This document shows, piece after piece, positions 1 to 11,492 of a stretch of DNA of 64,000 bases (its first letter is position 1; the number at the start of each line of letters is the position of its first letter). The translations under genes and the position numbers were made by a program. This DNA comes from Octopus sinensis (Eukaryota): the NCBI RefSeq assembly GCF_006345805.1, contig NC_042997.1, positions 127,720,001-127,784,000 on the forward strand. Reading direction: 5' to 3'. The notes beneath the pieces are model-generated. The model saw only the letters and a program-made list of their open reading frames with translations, was not told the origin of the DNA and made no database searches.

Positions 1-228
1 CTCAAATAATGCCCTATTGTCTTAAGAATGGAAGAACGCTAAAATGAATATTGCAGGTTTGAGATTTTTGTTTTTGATGTTTCTAAGAGACTTTATGCAG
101 TTTCGCTTTCAGATTACAAATATACTTTAATCTACTGACTACATTATAGTAGTAGTGTTGGGTAACAGGAACATACAAGACTTTTTTATTATCATTACTG
201 ACAAGTTGCTAATCATCAATCACAACAG

Positions 229-321
229 ACATACAGAAACAAACTGTTTAATAGAGATAGTAGAGTATTTCCTGGCTGCGATATTACATTGTCTAAAGTT
301 TGTGATGTCTTAATCGCACCG
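229..321 (+). CDS. Candidate internal exon of an unidentified gene (TYRNKLFNRDSRVFPGCDITLSKVCDVLIAP)
   Basis: Branch-like TACTGAC at 196-202, CAG acceptor 226-228, 93-nt open phase-0 frame, donor CCG|GTAAGT at 322. No homology recognised. Confidence 0.25.
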
Positions 322-544
322 GTAAGTTTGAAGACATCTTCCTGGAATTTAGGCACCTCAGAAATGAAATGAGAGGAAAATATTCATTTATTGAAGATGT
401 ATATACTTTGAATTACCATTTCTTGAGAATAGTCATAATGCACTGTTAACAAGTGTATTATGCCAGCCAAAATTTGCAGATGTGTAGCATAGCATCTACA
501 TTCGTGCAAAGTAGATACAGCTATAGATAATTGTTTCTGTTTAG

Positions 545-750
545 GTACAAGGCCTGAAATTCGGTGGGCGGGGAGGTGTGGCTAATTGATTACATCGACT
601 CCAGTACTTGACTGGTACTTATTTTATCGATCCCGAAGGATGAAAGGCAAAGTTGACACCGAAGGAATTGAATTCAGGACGTAAATCTGAAGGAAATACC
701 GCTAAGCATCTTGTCCTGCGCGGTAAAGATTCTGCCGGCTCTCCTCCTTG
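545..750 (-). mobile_element. tRNA-derived SINE, family A
   Basis: Reverse complement of the recurrent core ttctgagttcaaattccgccgaggtcgactttgcctttcatcc...gataaaataagtaccag seen ~20 times in the window. Confidence 0.8.
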
Positions 751-764
751 ATAAAGCTATAATG

Positions 765-1003
765 ATTTCAAATTTTGGGTACAAGGCCACTAGCTTTTGA
801 GGAGGAGTCGATTATATCGACCTCAGTATTCAGCTGGTACTTATTTTATCGACCTCAAAAGATGAAAGGCAAACTTGATGAAAGGCAAACTTGATGAAAG
901 GCAAAATTCCTAACTTGGCGGAATTTGATCTCAAAACATAAGGCGGACGAAATACCGCTAGGTATTTTACCAGCTGCCAACGATTCTGCCAGTTTGCTGC
1001 CTT
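765..1003 (-). mobile_element. SINE family A with internal 16-bp triplication (gatgaaaggcaaactt)
   Basis: Same core; tandem unit repeated at ~862-905. Confidence 0.8.
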
Positions 1004-1051
1004 ATAAACTATAAATAAAAGCTAAAGAAAAATAAACTTTGGATTGAAAGA

Positions 1052-1360
1052 AATGTCAATGGCAGGTCTCGAACCCGCATCGGCAAACGTGACAGATGTG
1101 TAACCTATTTCTTTACTACCCACAAGGGGCTAAACACAGAGAGGACAAAAAAGGACAGACAAACCGATTAAGTCGATTATATCGTCCCCAGTAGGTAACT
1201 GGTACTTAATTTATCAACCTCGAAAGGATGAAAGGCAAAGTCGACCTCGGCGGAATTTGAACTCAGGACGTAACGGCAGACGAAATACGGCTACGCATTT
1301 CGCCCGGCGTGCTAACAATTCTGCCAGCTCGCCGTGTAACCATTCAACCAAAGCAACATT
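1052..1360 (-). pseudogene. Degenerate tRNA-like sequence split by a SINE insertion
   Basis: Removing 1106-1333 and one TSD gives ~73 nt with an A-box-like ttggttgaatgg, T-arm gcggg-ttcgaga-cctgc and ctgtcac loop; cloverleaf imperfect. Confidence 0.25.
1106..1333 (-). mobile_element. SINE family A with 8-bp TSD
   Basis: Family core; gtgtaacc at 1098-1105 and 1334-1341. Confidence 0.85.
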
Positions 1361-1609
1361 TCGAATTTTCACAACGGCGTAACTCGGAGTAGAAAAAGCT
1401 ATAACAATAGTGTGCAGAATATTGTGTTTAAATTACGAGAAAGTATGAAGTTTTATTGATAAAAAGTTGGGTACTCTAGAGTAATGTCCATTAATTTAAC
1501 CCGTTTGCATTCACATTATGCACTTGAGAATTTAGGGGCCCTTTACATTTAATTAGGTCGCTTAACCTCTTTCAGCGTGGTTTGATTTGTTTTGGTCGGT
1601 ATTACTTCA

Positions 1610-2030
1610 TCTCTTTACTCTCTTTTATTAATTTCAATCATTTGACTGTGGCCATGATGGAGCACCGCCTTTAGTCGAGCACATTGACTATGGACTTATT
1701 CTTTGTAAGCCTAGTGCTTATTCTATCGGTCTCTTTTGCCGAACCGCTAAGTTACGGGGACGTAAACACACCAGCATCGGTTGTCAAGCAATGTTGGGGG
1801 GAACAAACACAGACATATACACTTTGAATTACTATTTCTTGAGAATGGTATATACACATATATATACGACGGGCTTCTTTCAGTTTCCGTATACCAAATC
1901 CACTCACAAGGCTTTGGTTGGCCCGAGGCTATAGTAGAAGGCACTTTCCCAAGGTGCCACGCAGTGGAACTGAACCCGGAACCATATAGTTCGTAAGCAA
2001 GCTACTTACCACACAGCCACTCCTACGCCT
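1610..2030 (-). mobile_element. tRNA-derived SINE, family B
   Basis: Minus-strand head with gtggctgtgtggtaagtagcttgc...gggttcagttcc; tail ggcggtgctccatcatggccacagtcaaatga. Confidence 0.85.
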
Positions 2031-2289
2031 ACATCATTAATAACTTTATTACCCATTCTATTCTAAATCTCCATAGCTACCTGTCCTTTGATATTCTTGA
2101 TGTCCATATGTCTAGCTAACTCGGTAACATCACTTCGAATTTTTCTACCACGGACGTATTTACTACAAGGCCATTTGGTAGATAAACTCCTTTGTAACTC
2201 TCACACGATTCTTGGCACCAACAAATAATGAGTTAGAATTTGCATCAAAGTCATACTTCAAAGACAATTCATTATCTTTGCCCTTACTT

Positions 2290-2450
2290 CAGTGGCATAG
2301 CTACCGATGTGTGCCAACCGGGACAACCCACGAGTTTGCTTCCTGCCGAACCGCCAAGCCTCTAAATACTTATACTGTAGACTTCAAAGTGTCTCCCCAC
2401 AAAAGCGTCATCCGGATGGGCCGCCATTCTCCCATCCAACGTCGCTACTG
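2290..2450. mobile_element. hAT-like MITE
   Basis: Termini cagtggcatagc / gtcgctactg; degenerate 8-bp TSD ccttactt / ccttgctg. Confidence 0.45.
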
Positions 2451-2503
2451 CCTTGCTGTTGCACATGGCGAAAATATTTGCTTTTTAATATCATACTCAT
2501 CAC

Positions 2504-2856
2504 AAGGCTGCGAAGTTGGCAGAATCGTTAGCACGCTGGGCGAAATGTTTAGCGATATTTGTCCGTCTTTACGCTCTGAGTTCAAATTCTGTCGAGTTTA
2601 CCTTTCATCCTTTCGTAATCGATAAAATAAGGGGGTCCTTTTGTTACTACCAGCATTTACGTCAATTAAGCACATTTACGTAATTTTTTTTTCTTTGCTC
2701 TTCTTTGGAAGGCGATCATTTGCTTTGAAGTAAGAGCAGAAATTGAAAGACACGAGAAAGTGAAAATGCTACATTTGCTTTGAAGTGAGAGTAGGAAGTT
2801 GAAAGAGAGGAGAAAGTGAAAATGTATGTACGTGTATATGAAATGGACGTGTGAGT

Positions 2857-2906
<50 letters not shown>

Positions 2907-3431
2907 AGGTGTGTGTTGTCATGTATATATATTTTGCATGTGTAAATGGCATTCACTCTCTCTCCCTCTCTGTCACACACACACACATTATCTTTCATGA
3001 ACACGTACACACATATGCTTACATCCTTTTTGTAGGTATGTGTGCATGCGTGTGTGTGAGAGAGAGAGAGAGCGCGAGTGATAGCCACTTACACATACAT
3101 GCAAAAAATATATACATGAAACACACACCTTCCCCCCTCTCCCACTTTCTTTCATCCATTTCATATACACGTACATACATGTTTACTTTTTCGTCTCTTT
3201 CAATTTCTGCTCTTACTTCAAAGCAAATGGTTGCCTTCCAAAAATGAGTAAAAAAAATAAAATATTTGTACGGAAATTAACGAACAATACCATAAAAATT
3301 CCCGTGCTTAATTGACGTAAATACTGGTAGTAACGAAAAATTGAGAAAAGAAGTACCAGTTGAGTACTGCGGTCGATTTAATCGACTTAGCCCCTCCCTC
3401 AAAATTGCTGGCCTTGTGCCAAAATTTGAAG
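2504..3431 (+). mobile_element. SINE family A split by a foldback element
   Basis: 5' half 2504-2631 and 3' half 3346-3431; 19-bp TSD with 2 mismatches at 2485-2503 and 3432-3450. Confidence 0.75.
2632..3345. mobile_element. 714-bp foldback (palindromic) element
   Basis: Arms reverse-complementary along most of the length (gttactaccagcatttacgtcaattaagcac / gtgcttaattgacgtaaatactggtagtaac); apex ~3024-3030; TSD aaaataag / aaaagaag. Confidence 0.75.
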
Positions 3432-3772
3432 TTAATATCATATTCCTCACAAATCCTCACCAAGGAATTAATTAGTCTCTAACTTTATTACTGTCAATTT
3501 CTGGTACACAGATATTATCACGTGCTTCTTTTAATTAATTATAACTTATTTCTGAAGCGAAAAAAAAAAAAAAAGATTGAACTATACCTAATCACTGAAA
3601 TATCAGCAAAAACTGCAGAGCAACTCAAATCATATTGTGTTGTTGTCATAGTATATACTGCGCAACCGTGATAAACCTACTAGTATGGCGTAAGTATTAC
3701 TCTAAAATAAATATACAAACTTAAAGCTACTTCGACTTCACTTAATCTTTGTTTCTGAGTGTGTCATATTAG

Positions 3773-4004
3773 ATTTCAAAACAATTGACAGTGAGATTTT
3801 ATCACGATACTGCAAGAACAGAATTATTAAAAAGGTAATCAGTTAAGGAATTTTCAACGATTTTATGCATACAGTCGTTCACCATGGAAACATAATGTTT
3901 GTTAAAGGCTATGTGAAAGCGATAATAAAAGAGTAATTCTTATATAAGAAGCAGACTGAATATAGACAAAAATAAGCAAGAAGAGGAACTAATGAATTCG
4001 AATT
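3773..4004 (+). CDS. Two candidate short exons (3773-3834, 3955-4004) phase-compatible with exon 229-321
   Basis: AG/GT bounded, donors AG|GTAATC and T|GTAAGT; open frame ISKQLTVRFYHDTARTELLKR-LNIDKNKQEEELMNSN. The opposite strand has weak RT resemblance as a competing explanation. Confidence 0.2.
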
Positions 4005-4349
4005 GTAAGTGAACTTGTAAGCTCGCTTGCTATGCTGCGCTGGGGAAACGTATATAGAATTAATTTGCTTCTGGCTGATCTGAAAATGGCAAACGAAGAA
4101 ACACCCAGAAAAATTTGCAGATGTGAATCTCGGATTATCAGCTGAGTAGAATGGTGCCATTCAATAAGTAAATTAACATCCCAGTGCTGCCGCATATACT
4201 GTGTAGTTACTACATTTCATACACTTGATACAGCCCAATGCATAGAAATAAATAAATAACAGATAATGGATGATGTAATAGCAGTAATGTAACCCAGAAT
4301 AGATAATATATAATAATACAATATATATATTTGTTTAATTACTCGTTGC

Positions 4350-4416
4350 GCAGAGAGACGCAGTGGAAGCGTGCTAGAACCCATAACCCAGAGGTCTAGA
4401 TCGAAACAATACTGCG
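4350..4416 (+). tRNA. Initiator tRNA-Met pseudogene (anticodon CAT 4382-4384)
   Basis: gcagagagacgcagtggaagcgtgctagaacccataacccagaggtc-tagatcgaaac closely tracks the eukaryotic tRNA-iMet sequence including GATCGAAAC; stems disrupted and 3' end truncated. Confidence 0.65.
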
Positions 4417-5360
4417 AAGAAATGGAAACAAATATGTAGTAGATCTTGCAAGCATGAAGTGGATTCGATCCACCATAGCCAAATTTAAATCAACACTGCA
4501 ACAGAACTTTTCCCACAGTGGAACAATGGTTTTTCTCTGACAGCAGTTTGACATTCCCCAGATTGCCTTTAGCTAGGTCGAAATAATGTCTTCACCACTT
4601 GACCCTTTCTAACCTCTTCTACTTCACCAAAAGCTAGAACAGAGATAACAAGATCACCAACTAAATCTATTGTTCTCAATGATAGGTCTATCCTTCTGGA
4701 TAGTTATATAAGCAAGCACACCCCATGCAAAAATCAGTTAGTCACAGTCAGTGACGACTCAACTAAGTAGTCACCTCGGTGACAACGAAGTCTGGCTGAC
4801 CAGCTAGAACCTTGGTCAGAGGGAGAAATGAAGTTCACTGTCAGCAACTATGAAACAACGTCCCACACCATACAACTCTCACTAGCTCTAATTCTGTTCT
4901 CTTACAACATCATTCTATCTCTCTTTCTCTAATTACTACTAAACAATGAAGAGGAACACAAACATAAATTTTACTTTGCATGATTTTGGATTTATCATAA
5001 CCTGCCCGTCGAGGTATGGTATTTTTAACGTAACGGTAAATAAATACTTTCTTAAAACTTCATGCATCTTTCTCATCCTACAGTATGCATTTATAACTAC
5101 AAATAATTATCGTTACAACGACAACAAGAGTTTTCGCTTAGTATATAGAATTAAAAGGAGCTGTGCAGAATGCAAGAAAATGGAAATATTTCTAAGAAAG
5201 AGCTGTAAAAGTAAATAATACAGGGTGTGTACTGGGGATATGCTGCTCGTCTTTGGCCTTTATTTTTGTCACTCTCATGATCCTGGCATTCACTCAGTAC
5301 ATACAGCTAACTGTGGAGTATACAGAGTTATTTCATAACTGTCACAATATTTCATAACAG

Positions 5361-5754
5361 GAAGGCGGTGAGCTGGCAGAAACGTTAGCACGCCGGGCGA
5401 AATGCGTAGCCGTATTTCGTCTGCCGTTACGTTCTGAGTTCAAATTCCGTCGAGGTCGACTTTGCCGTTCATCCTTTCGGAGTCGATAAATTAAGTACCA
5501 GTTACGCACTGGGGTCGATATAATCGACTTAATCCGTTTGTCTGTCTTTGTTTGTCCCCTCCGTGTTTAGCTCCTTGTGGGTAATAAAGAAATAGGTATT
5601 TCGTGTGTCCTTACGTTCTGAGTTCAAATTCCGATATCGACTTTGCCTTTCATTCTTTCGGGGTCGATAAATTAAGTACCAGTTGCGTACTTGGATCGAT
5701 CTAATCGACTGGCCCCCTCCCCTAAAATTTCGGGCCTTGTGCCTAGAGTGGAAA
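5361..5754 (+). mobile_element. Composite SINE family A with perfect 17-bp TSD
   Basis: Two family-A cores in tandem; acaatatttcataacag at 5344-5360 and 5755-5771. Confidence 0.9.
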
Positions 5755-6179
5755 ACAATATTTCATAACAGCAAACGGAAAAAGTAGTTTCCCATTATGG
5801 GACATTTTTATATTTTTGAGTGAACTTAATATTCATTCTGAATTTACCATCTCTGCGGGGCGATGGGAAGAGTCCGTGTCTGGCGGCCCTAAGCAAGGGC
5901 GACACTCTCGTACTGCCATTGGAGTTCATCTTGTGGTGTACTCAGAATTTACTGTCCTACAATCTGATGCTCGAAGACGCCGGGAGAGGACAGCGGCGGC
6001 ACCCCACCCCATCTTCTTAACTTAGATTTTGTCTGGTTTATCCGTTATCCAGCTCACCGGTATACAGTTTAACGAGGCTTGACAGTATTAAGTATTGAAA
6101 TATCTAAAGAGATTAGCGATGGGGCGCATGTGTTGACGGTGGAGCGTTGTTGAATCGGATAACAGTGTTAGCAACGAGT

Positions 6180-6746
6180 AGGGGTGGTGATGGTGGGTGG
6201 TAATAGTGATACTATTTGTGTGGGAGTTTTGATAGGGGCGTTGATGATGTAGATGATAGTGTTGTGAAGGCGGTAGCAGTATTAGTTGTGGTGGTGGCGG
6301 AGGTGGTGGAGATAGTGGTGATGTTGGGGGTAGTGATGGTTGTTGTTATTGGTGGTGGTGGTGATGATGATGGTGATGTGGTAATAGAGGTGGTGGTGGT
6401 GATGGTGATGGTGATGTGGTGATAGAGGTGGTGGTGAAGATGGTGATGGTGATGTGGTGATAGAGGTGCTAGTGATGAAAGAATTGGTGGTGGTGGTGGT
6501 GGTGGTGATGGTGAACGGCGGTGGTAATGTTGTAGTGGTGGTGATAGTGATGGTAGTGGTGATGGTGATGGTGGTGGTGGTAACGATGGTGATGGTGGTG
6601 GTGGTAGTGATGGTGGTGGTGATGCCAGAGACAGTGGAGTAGATGGTAGTGGGTAAAGTAGAGATGAGATGGTGAGGGTGGGGTCTATCAGCATGAGGTA
6701 ATCAATAGCACTAATGCTGTTACATCATCACTGTTAAAAGCTTAAA

Positions 6747-6779
<33 letters not shown>

Positions 6780-7570
6780 TACTACTACTACTACTACCAA
6801 TAATACTAATAATACAGTAATAACAATCACCCACCTACAACAACCACCAGCACCACCATGTGTCAATGAAGTAATCTTCATGTGATTACTCCACCTGCTA
6901 GAAATAACAGCTAAATCTTCCTCAACTCGCACCCTAATGACTTTATAAAATAGAGAACTTGTTAGATTAGGGAGTCCTGGGCTCCTTGCACATTGGGAAA
7001 AAACAGGATGGTCACAGCTGGAATGCTTTTGATTATAAGTCTGTTTATAATTGACCTGGAATTGAACAACAGCAAACTGTCACCATTACTAGTACTACAG
7101 CCACTACCATCATCGCCCATACCACTGTCACACCTCCCTACATAACTAACTACAAACACCACCACCACCACCATATCTTCCACCACTATCTTTCTACTAT
7201 CATCATCATCATCATCATTGAACACCACTTCCAACCATCCAAAACTACTACCATCGCCACTCACCCACAACTACCTACTGACTTACTAACCCATGTATCT
7301 ATACCACTCGCCACCATTAATACAATGACAGACATGCACCTACCCCGACCACCATAACAACCACAAGCATGCATAACCACCAGGTATTTATTTGCCACCG
7401 CTGCCACAACCATCACTACCACCACTGTTGACAACCACCCCCATCCCCCATCATCACCACCACAACCACCATCATTTCTGCCACTATCAACACCACCGCA
7501 ACGGTAAAAATCAACTTATTTGCCACTGTCGTTCCCCCACCACCACCACTGCCACTGCCACTGCTAAGAA
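6180..7570. repeat. Low-complexity (GGT/GAT)-rich tract followed by (ACC/ACT)-rich tracts
   Basis: Direct inspection. Confidence 0.85.
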
Positions 7571-7831
7571 TCAGGAATTTGGCAACAATCAGGTTTGAAC
7601 GGAAGACATTATCTCTGCCAAGTGAGAATATTCCAACTGTTGACATCAGGATGAAAGTATGTCGCACTACAGGAGGCTCTTTACTTGTGTGTGTGTTTGT
7701 GTGTGTATATATATATATACTCACATTACACACACAACCTATGTACATACATACAGGCATATATACATATGCACATACATACAGACATGTATGTAAGCAT
7801 ACAGATATATATATATATATATATACACAGA

Positions 7832-8689
7832 GAGGGTACAATGGGTAAATTGTTGCCATTCTATATTTTTAATTTCGCACATGTGCATTGTTTGTATTTT
7901 GATTTTGGCAACTACACAGTTTAGTAGGATCAGTTGGGCACCATCTGTGAGAAAAACACCACAATGGCACAATTCACTCTGCCAGAAATTTGGAAATGAC
8001 ATGCAGTACTGCTTGGAATTCACATCAGAAGCTCCAATACAAACATTTCAGAGTGTTTGGGTGTCAATCTGAGGACAGAGCATGTACCGAGAGTGATAAA
8101 AATCAAATATCCAGTCAACATCATGGTGTTTGGAGTGATCAATAGTGATGGTGACATTATGCCTCCTTTATCTTCCCACATGACCTCATACTTAACACGG
8201 AGGCCTACATCAAGTGCCTGGAGGAGGTAGTGCTGCCTTGGGTCAAGAGGGTGGCTGCTGGTAGACCCTATGTTTGGCAACACCCTCTGCACCATGCTAC
8301 ACAAGCAGGAGAACCCAGTCATAGCTGTCAGAATTACCCCTAACATCTGGCCACCTAACTCCCCAGTCTGCAACCTCCTTTATTATGTGTGGGGCACAGT
8401 TGAGCAAGAGACCAGCAAAACTCCTTGTAACACCAAAGATGAACTGAAGGCAAGGATTATGGCAGCATTCACCAACTTAAACAAGGAGACCATCCAGAAG
8501 AGATGCAGGAGATTTCAAAGTTGTCCTGAAGCTGTGGTTGAAGCCATTGGCGATTTTATTGAATTAATTTACTCTTTAGTATTTCAAGATATTTTTATGT
8601 AATTTTGGTAAATATATCTGTTAAAATGAGATGTCAGTATTATTTTCATTTTTATGTAATTTAGACAACAGTTTATTCACTGCATCCTG
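7832..8689 (+). mobile_element. Internally deleted maT/DD37D-like Tc1/mariner transposon remnant
   Basis: N-term MAQFTLPEIWK (ATG 7964), then IMVFGVINSDGDIMPP and ITPNIWPPNSPVCN-LYYVWG...KDELKARIMAAF; degenerate TIRs; frameshifts and stops. Confidence 0.75.
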
Positions 8690-8934
8690 TATATATACGA
8701 AAGACAAAACAGGTGCTGGTCTGTGTCAGCAAGACTTGATTTATCAAGCAAAAAAGATGGAAAGAATATAGCGAATTAACTGTAGGGAGCGAAAAATCCA
8801 AGTTTCCAAAAAGAGTTGTTGAAAAGTTGACAGGAAATTTTCCACTTCTCACAGCAAGTTCACTGTACTTCTTTTGCCTATTTTACTACACACACACACG
8901 CACACACATATATACATACATATAATTATATATA

Positions 8935-9170
8935 CAGTGATCACTCACTATATCGCAGTTCACCTATTGCGCCCTCAGTACATCGCAGATTTTTCTGGCT
9001 TATATATCTAAATTTATATTGCAGACTCCTCTGTAAATCGCGGGTCTATGTGGCCGATAGGTATTTATATTATTTTAGATTTTAACTATTTCTGTGGTAA
9101 AATAAGCATTTTGCTTTGCCTAAGGATAAATAAATTAACAAATAGAAATACAGTACAGTATTGCACCCTA
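8935..9170 (+). mobile_element. Tigger/pogo-like 5' terminal fragment
   Basis: TA followed by cagtgatcactcactatatcgcagttcacc; partner end not found. Confidence 0.4.
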
Positions 9171-9179
9171 TAATACATT

Positions 9180-9545
9180 ACTCTTTACTATTTTACTCTT
9201 TTACTTGTTTCAGTCATTTGACTGTGGCCATGCTGGAGCACTGCCTTTAATCGAGCAACTCGACCCCGGGTCTTATTCTTTTGTAAGCCCAGTACTTATT
9301 CTATCAGTCTCTTTTGCCGAACCACTAAGTAATGGGGACATAAACACACCGGCATCGGTTGTCAAGCAATGCTAGGGGGACAAACACAGACACACAAACA
9401 CACACATGCATATATATATATACATATATACGACGGGCTTCTTTCAGTTTCCATCTACCAAATCCACTCACAAAGCTTTGGTCGGCCTGAGGCTAAAGTA
9501 GAAGACACTTGCACAAGGTGCCATGCTGTAGGACTGAACCCGGAA
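9180..9545 (-). mobile_element. SINE family B (CpG-decayed)
   Basis: Family-B body and tail; CpG>TpG changes relative to the 42750 copy. Confidence 0.85.
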
Positions 9546-9549
9546 CCCA

Positions 9550-9722
9550 ACATCACATGCTGGTGTGTTTATGTCCCCATAACCCAGTGGTTCAGCAAAA
9601 GAGACTGATAGAATAAGTACTAGGCTTACAAAGAGTAAGTCCTGGGGTCGATTTGCTTGACTAAAGGTGGTGCTCCAGCATAGCCACAGTCAAATGACTG
9701 AAACAAGTAAAAGAATAAAAGA
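9550..9722 (+). mobile_element. SINE family B 3' half, inverted relative to the neighbouring copy
   Basis: tgctggtgtgtttatgtcccc...ggtggtgctccagcatagccacagtcaaatgactgaaacaag. Confidence 0.8.
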
Positions 9723-10894
9723 ATATATATACATATATGTGTGTGTTTGTATTTGTCCCCACATTACTTGATGACCAATGCTGGCTTATTTAGATCTCCT
9801 GTAACTTAGCAGTTGGGGCAAAAATGACCAATGCATTAAGCACCAAACTTTAAAAAAAAAAAAATAAGATCCGAGTGGGTGGGGGTCTATTTGTTTCACA
9901 GAAAAATTCAAAGCAGTACTCTAACATGGCCACAGTCCAGTGACTGAAACAAGTAAAAGATAAAGTTTAAAGATCTGCTATAATCTGGTTGTAATTTGTT
10001 TCCAAATCTAATAAGACATGCACAGAAATAAAGATTAAGTCAGGTTTAGTTTCCAGTAATACTTATGCCAGAGTAGTATGTTCAACACAGTAGCACAGTG
10101 TCAATGCCATTGTTTGTCAATTTTCCATTAAAGAATTTTTTCGACATCTCTGTACATAGAAGCAGTGAAGTGTCTAGATTGCTGTATACATGACACCTGT
10201 TAGTGTGAAAGATTGTCATGGATTAAAAAGTAGATTAAAAAAGGAAGCGTAGATAAAGTAGATAAAATAAAAAAAGGAAGCTAAAATTGCAACAGAAATG
10301 TCTAGTTCTCTCCCTTGAAATCTTGAAGCAAATGTATAGTTCTTACACTGAAGAAAAGAAAAGAAATCATGATATTGTAGGCGGCATATCATATATAACT
10401 GGGTAGTGTTTCCCCTTCAGACATTTATATCTAAAACTCAACTATAGATGCAGTTATCATGTTTAAACAGAGTGTATGCTTTTTTTGTTATATTGTTTGT
10501 GATATAAAAGCAGTGCACTGATTCCATCATTGTTTTCCCCGACATTGCGAGTGACATCTACTCAATGTTTTAAATGTGATTCTTATAAACAGTTAGAATT
10601 GGTAAGCTCCAGGTTATGATGTGTTATTGATTGAATAATGTTATGTCTATGCGGAGTCGGGTGAGAGGAAATTTTGGTGAAAACTGTGGTTAGCTGTTGT
10701 TTCTGTAAACACCACTTACTGTTTGCTAAATACACATACACACATTCCAAAGATACCATGAAAATGCTGTTAACAGCTAAGAGTAAAGTAGATAAATATA
10801 CAAGCACTGACCATGGAACTCCTCTGAAGATATGTGTGAATTAGAAAATAGTGTAATAGTATCATGTTATAACAGTATTGCATAATATAAGCAC

Positions 10895-11045
10895 AGGTGG
10901 ATGTGTAGCTGTGTGGTTAAGAAGCTTGCGTCCCAACCATGTGGTCTTGGGTTCAGTCCCACTTGGCAGCACCTTGGATAAGTGTTTTTTTATGGCCCCA
11001 GACTAACACATGGATTTGGTAGATGGAAACTAAAAGAACCCTGTT
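10895..11045 (+). mobile_element. SINE family B head fragment
   Basis: gtagctgtgtggttaagaagcttgc...gggttcagtcccac...gatttggtagatggaaac. Confidence 0.7.
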
Positions 11046-11400
11046 GTAAGTTTGTATTTAAATACACCCTATCTGTGCATGTGTGTGCATATTTATATAC
11101 GTATGTTTTCATGCACATACATATGTGTTTGTGCTTGTCCTGACAAGTGAGAGTTAGCAACAGGAAGAGCATTCAGCTATAGGAAATCTATCTCAACAAA
11201 TGTTGATCTATGCAAGAATGGAAAAATGGATGTTAAATGATGACAATGATTTAATTTTGATGTAATTAAAAAAGGGAAAAAATTCATTACTGCTAATTTC
11301 GACATATTCATTTCACCTCATGCTATATGAGGGAATGATAGGGAACTGTACAGAATTGATACTATAGATCAGCTGTTAATATATATATATATAATATATA

Positions 11401-11487
<87 letters not shown>

Positions 11488-11492
11488 TATAT

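Larger units (their letters stand above)
2040..3560 (-). mobile_element. Heavily decayed RTE-like LINE RT fragment interrupted by three insertions
   Basis: After removing inserts the minus frames read ARDNI / RLINSLVRICEEYDIK / KEFIY / RGRKIRSDVTELAR, resembling RT sequence at and after YADD; may extend to ~3900. Confidence 0.45.

Noticed and set aside
2077-2123. Plus-strand AG/GT-bounded 47-nt exon candidate
   Set aside because: It is phase-incompatible with the neighbouring candidates and overlaps the RT-like minus frame.
3578-3650. Apparent minus-strand first exon MTTTQYDLSCSAVFADISVIR|GTATAG
   Set aside because: The nearest acceptor gives a 36-nt intron and in-frame stops; the segment is colinear with the decayed RT fragment.
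5820-6025. Resolvase-like string LAALSKGDTLVL in a GC-rich patch
   Set aside because: Only a short motif, with no catalytic serine region or further similarity; likely chance.
6212-6694. Extensin-like proline/threonine-rich ORF
   Set aside because: It is the reverse complement of the GGT/GAT low-complexity tract, with no splice or start context.
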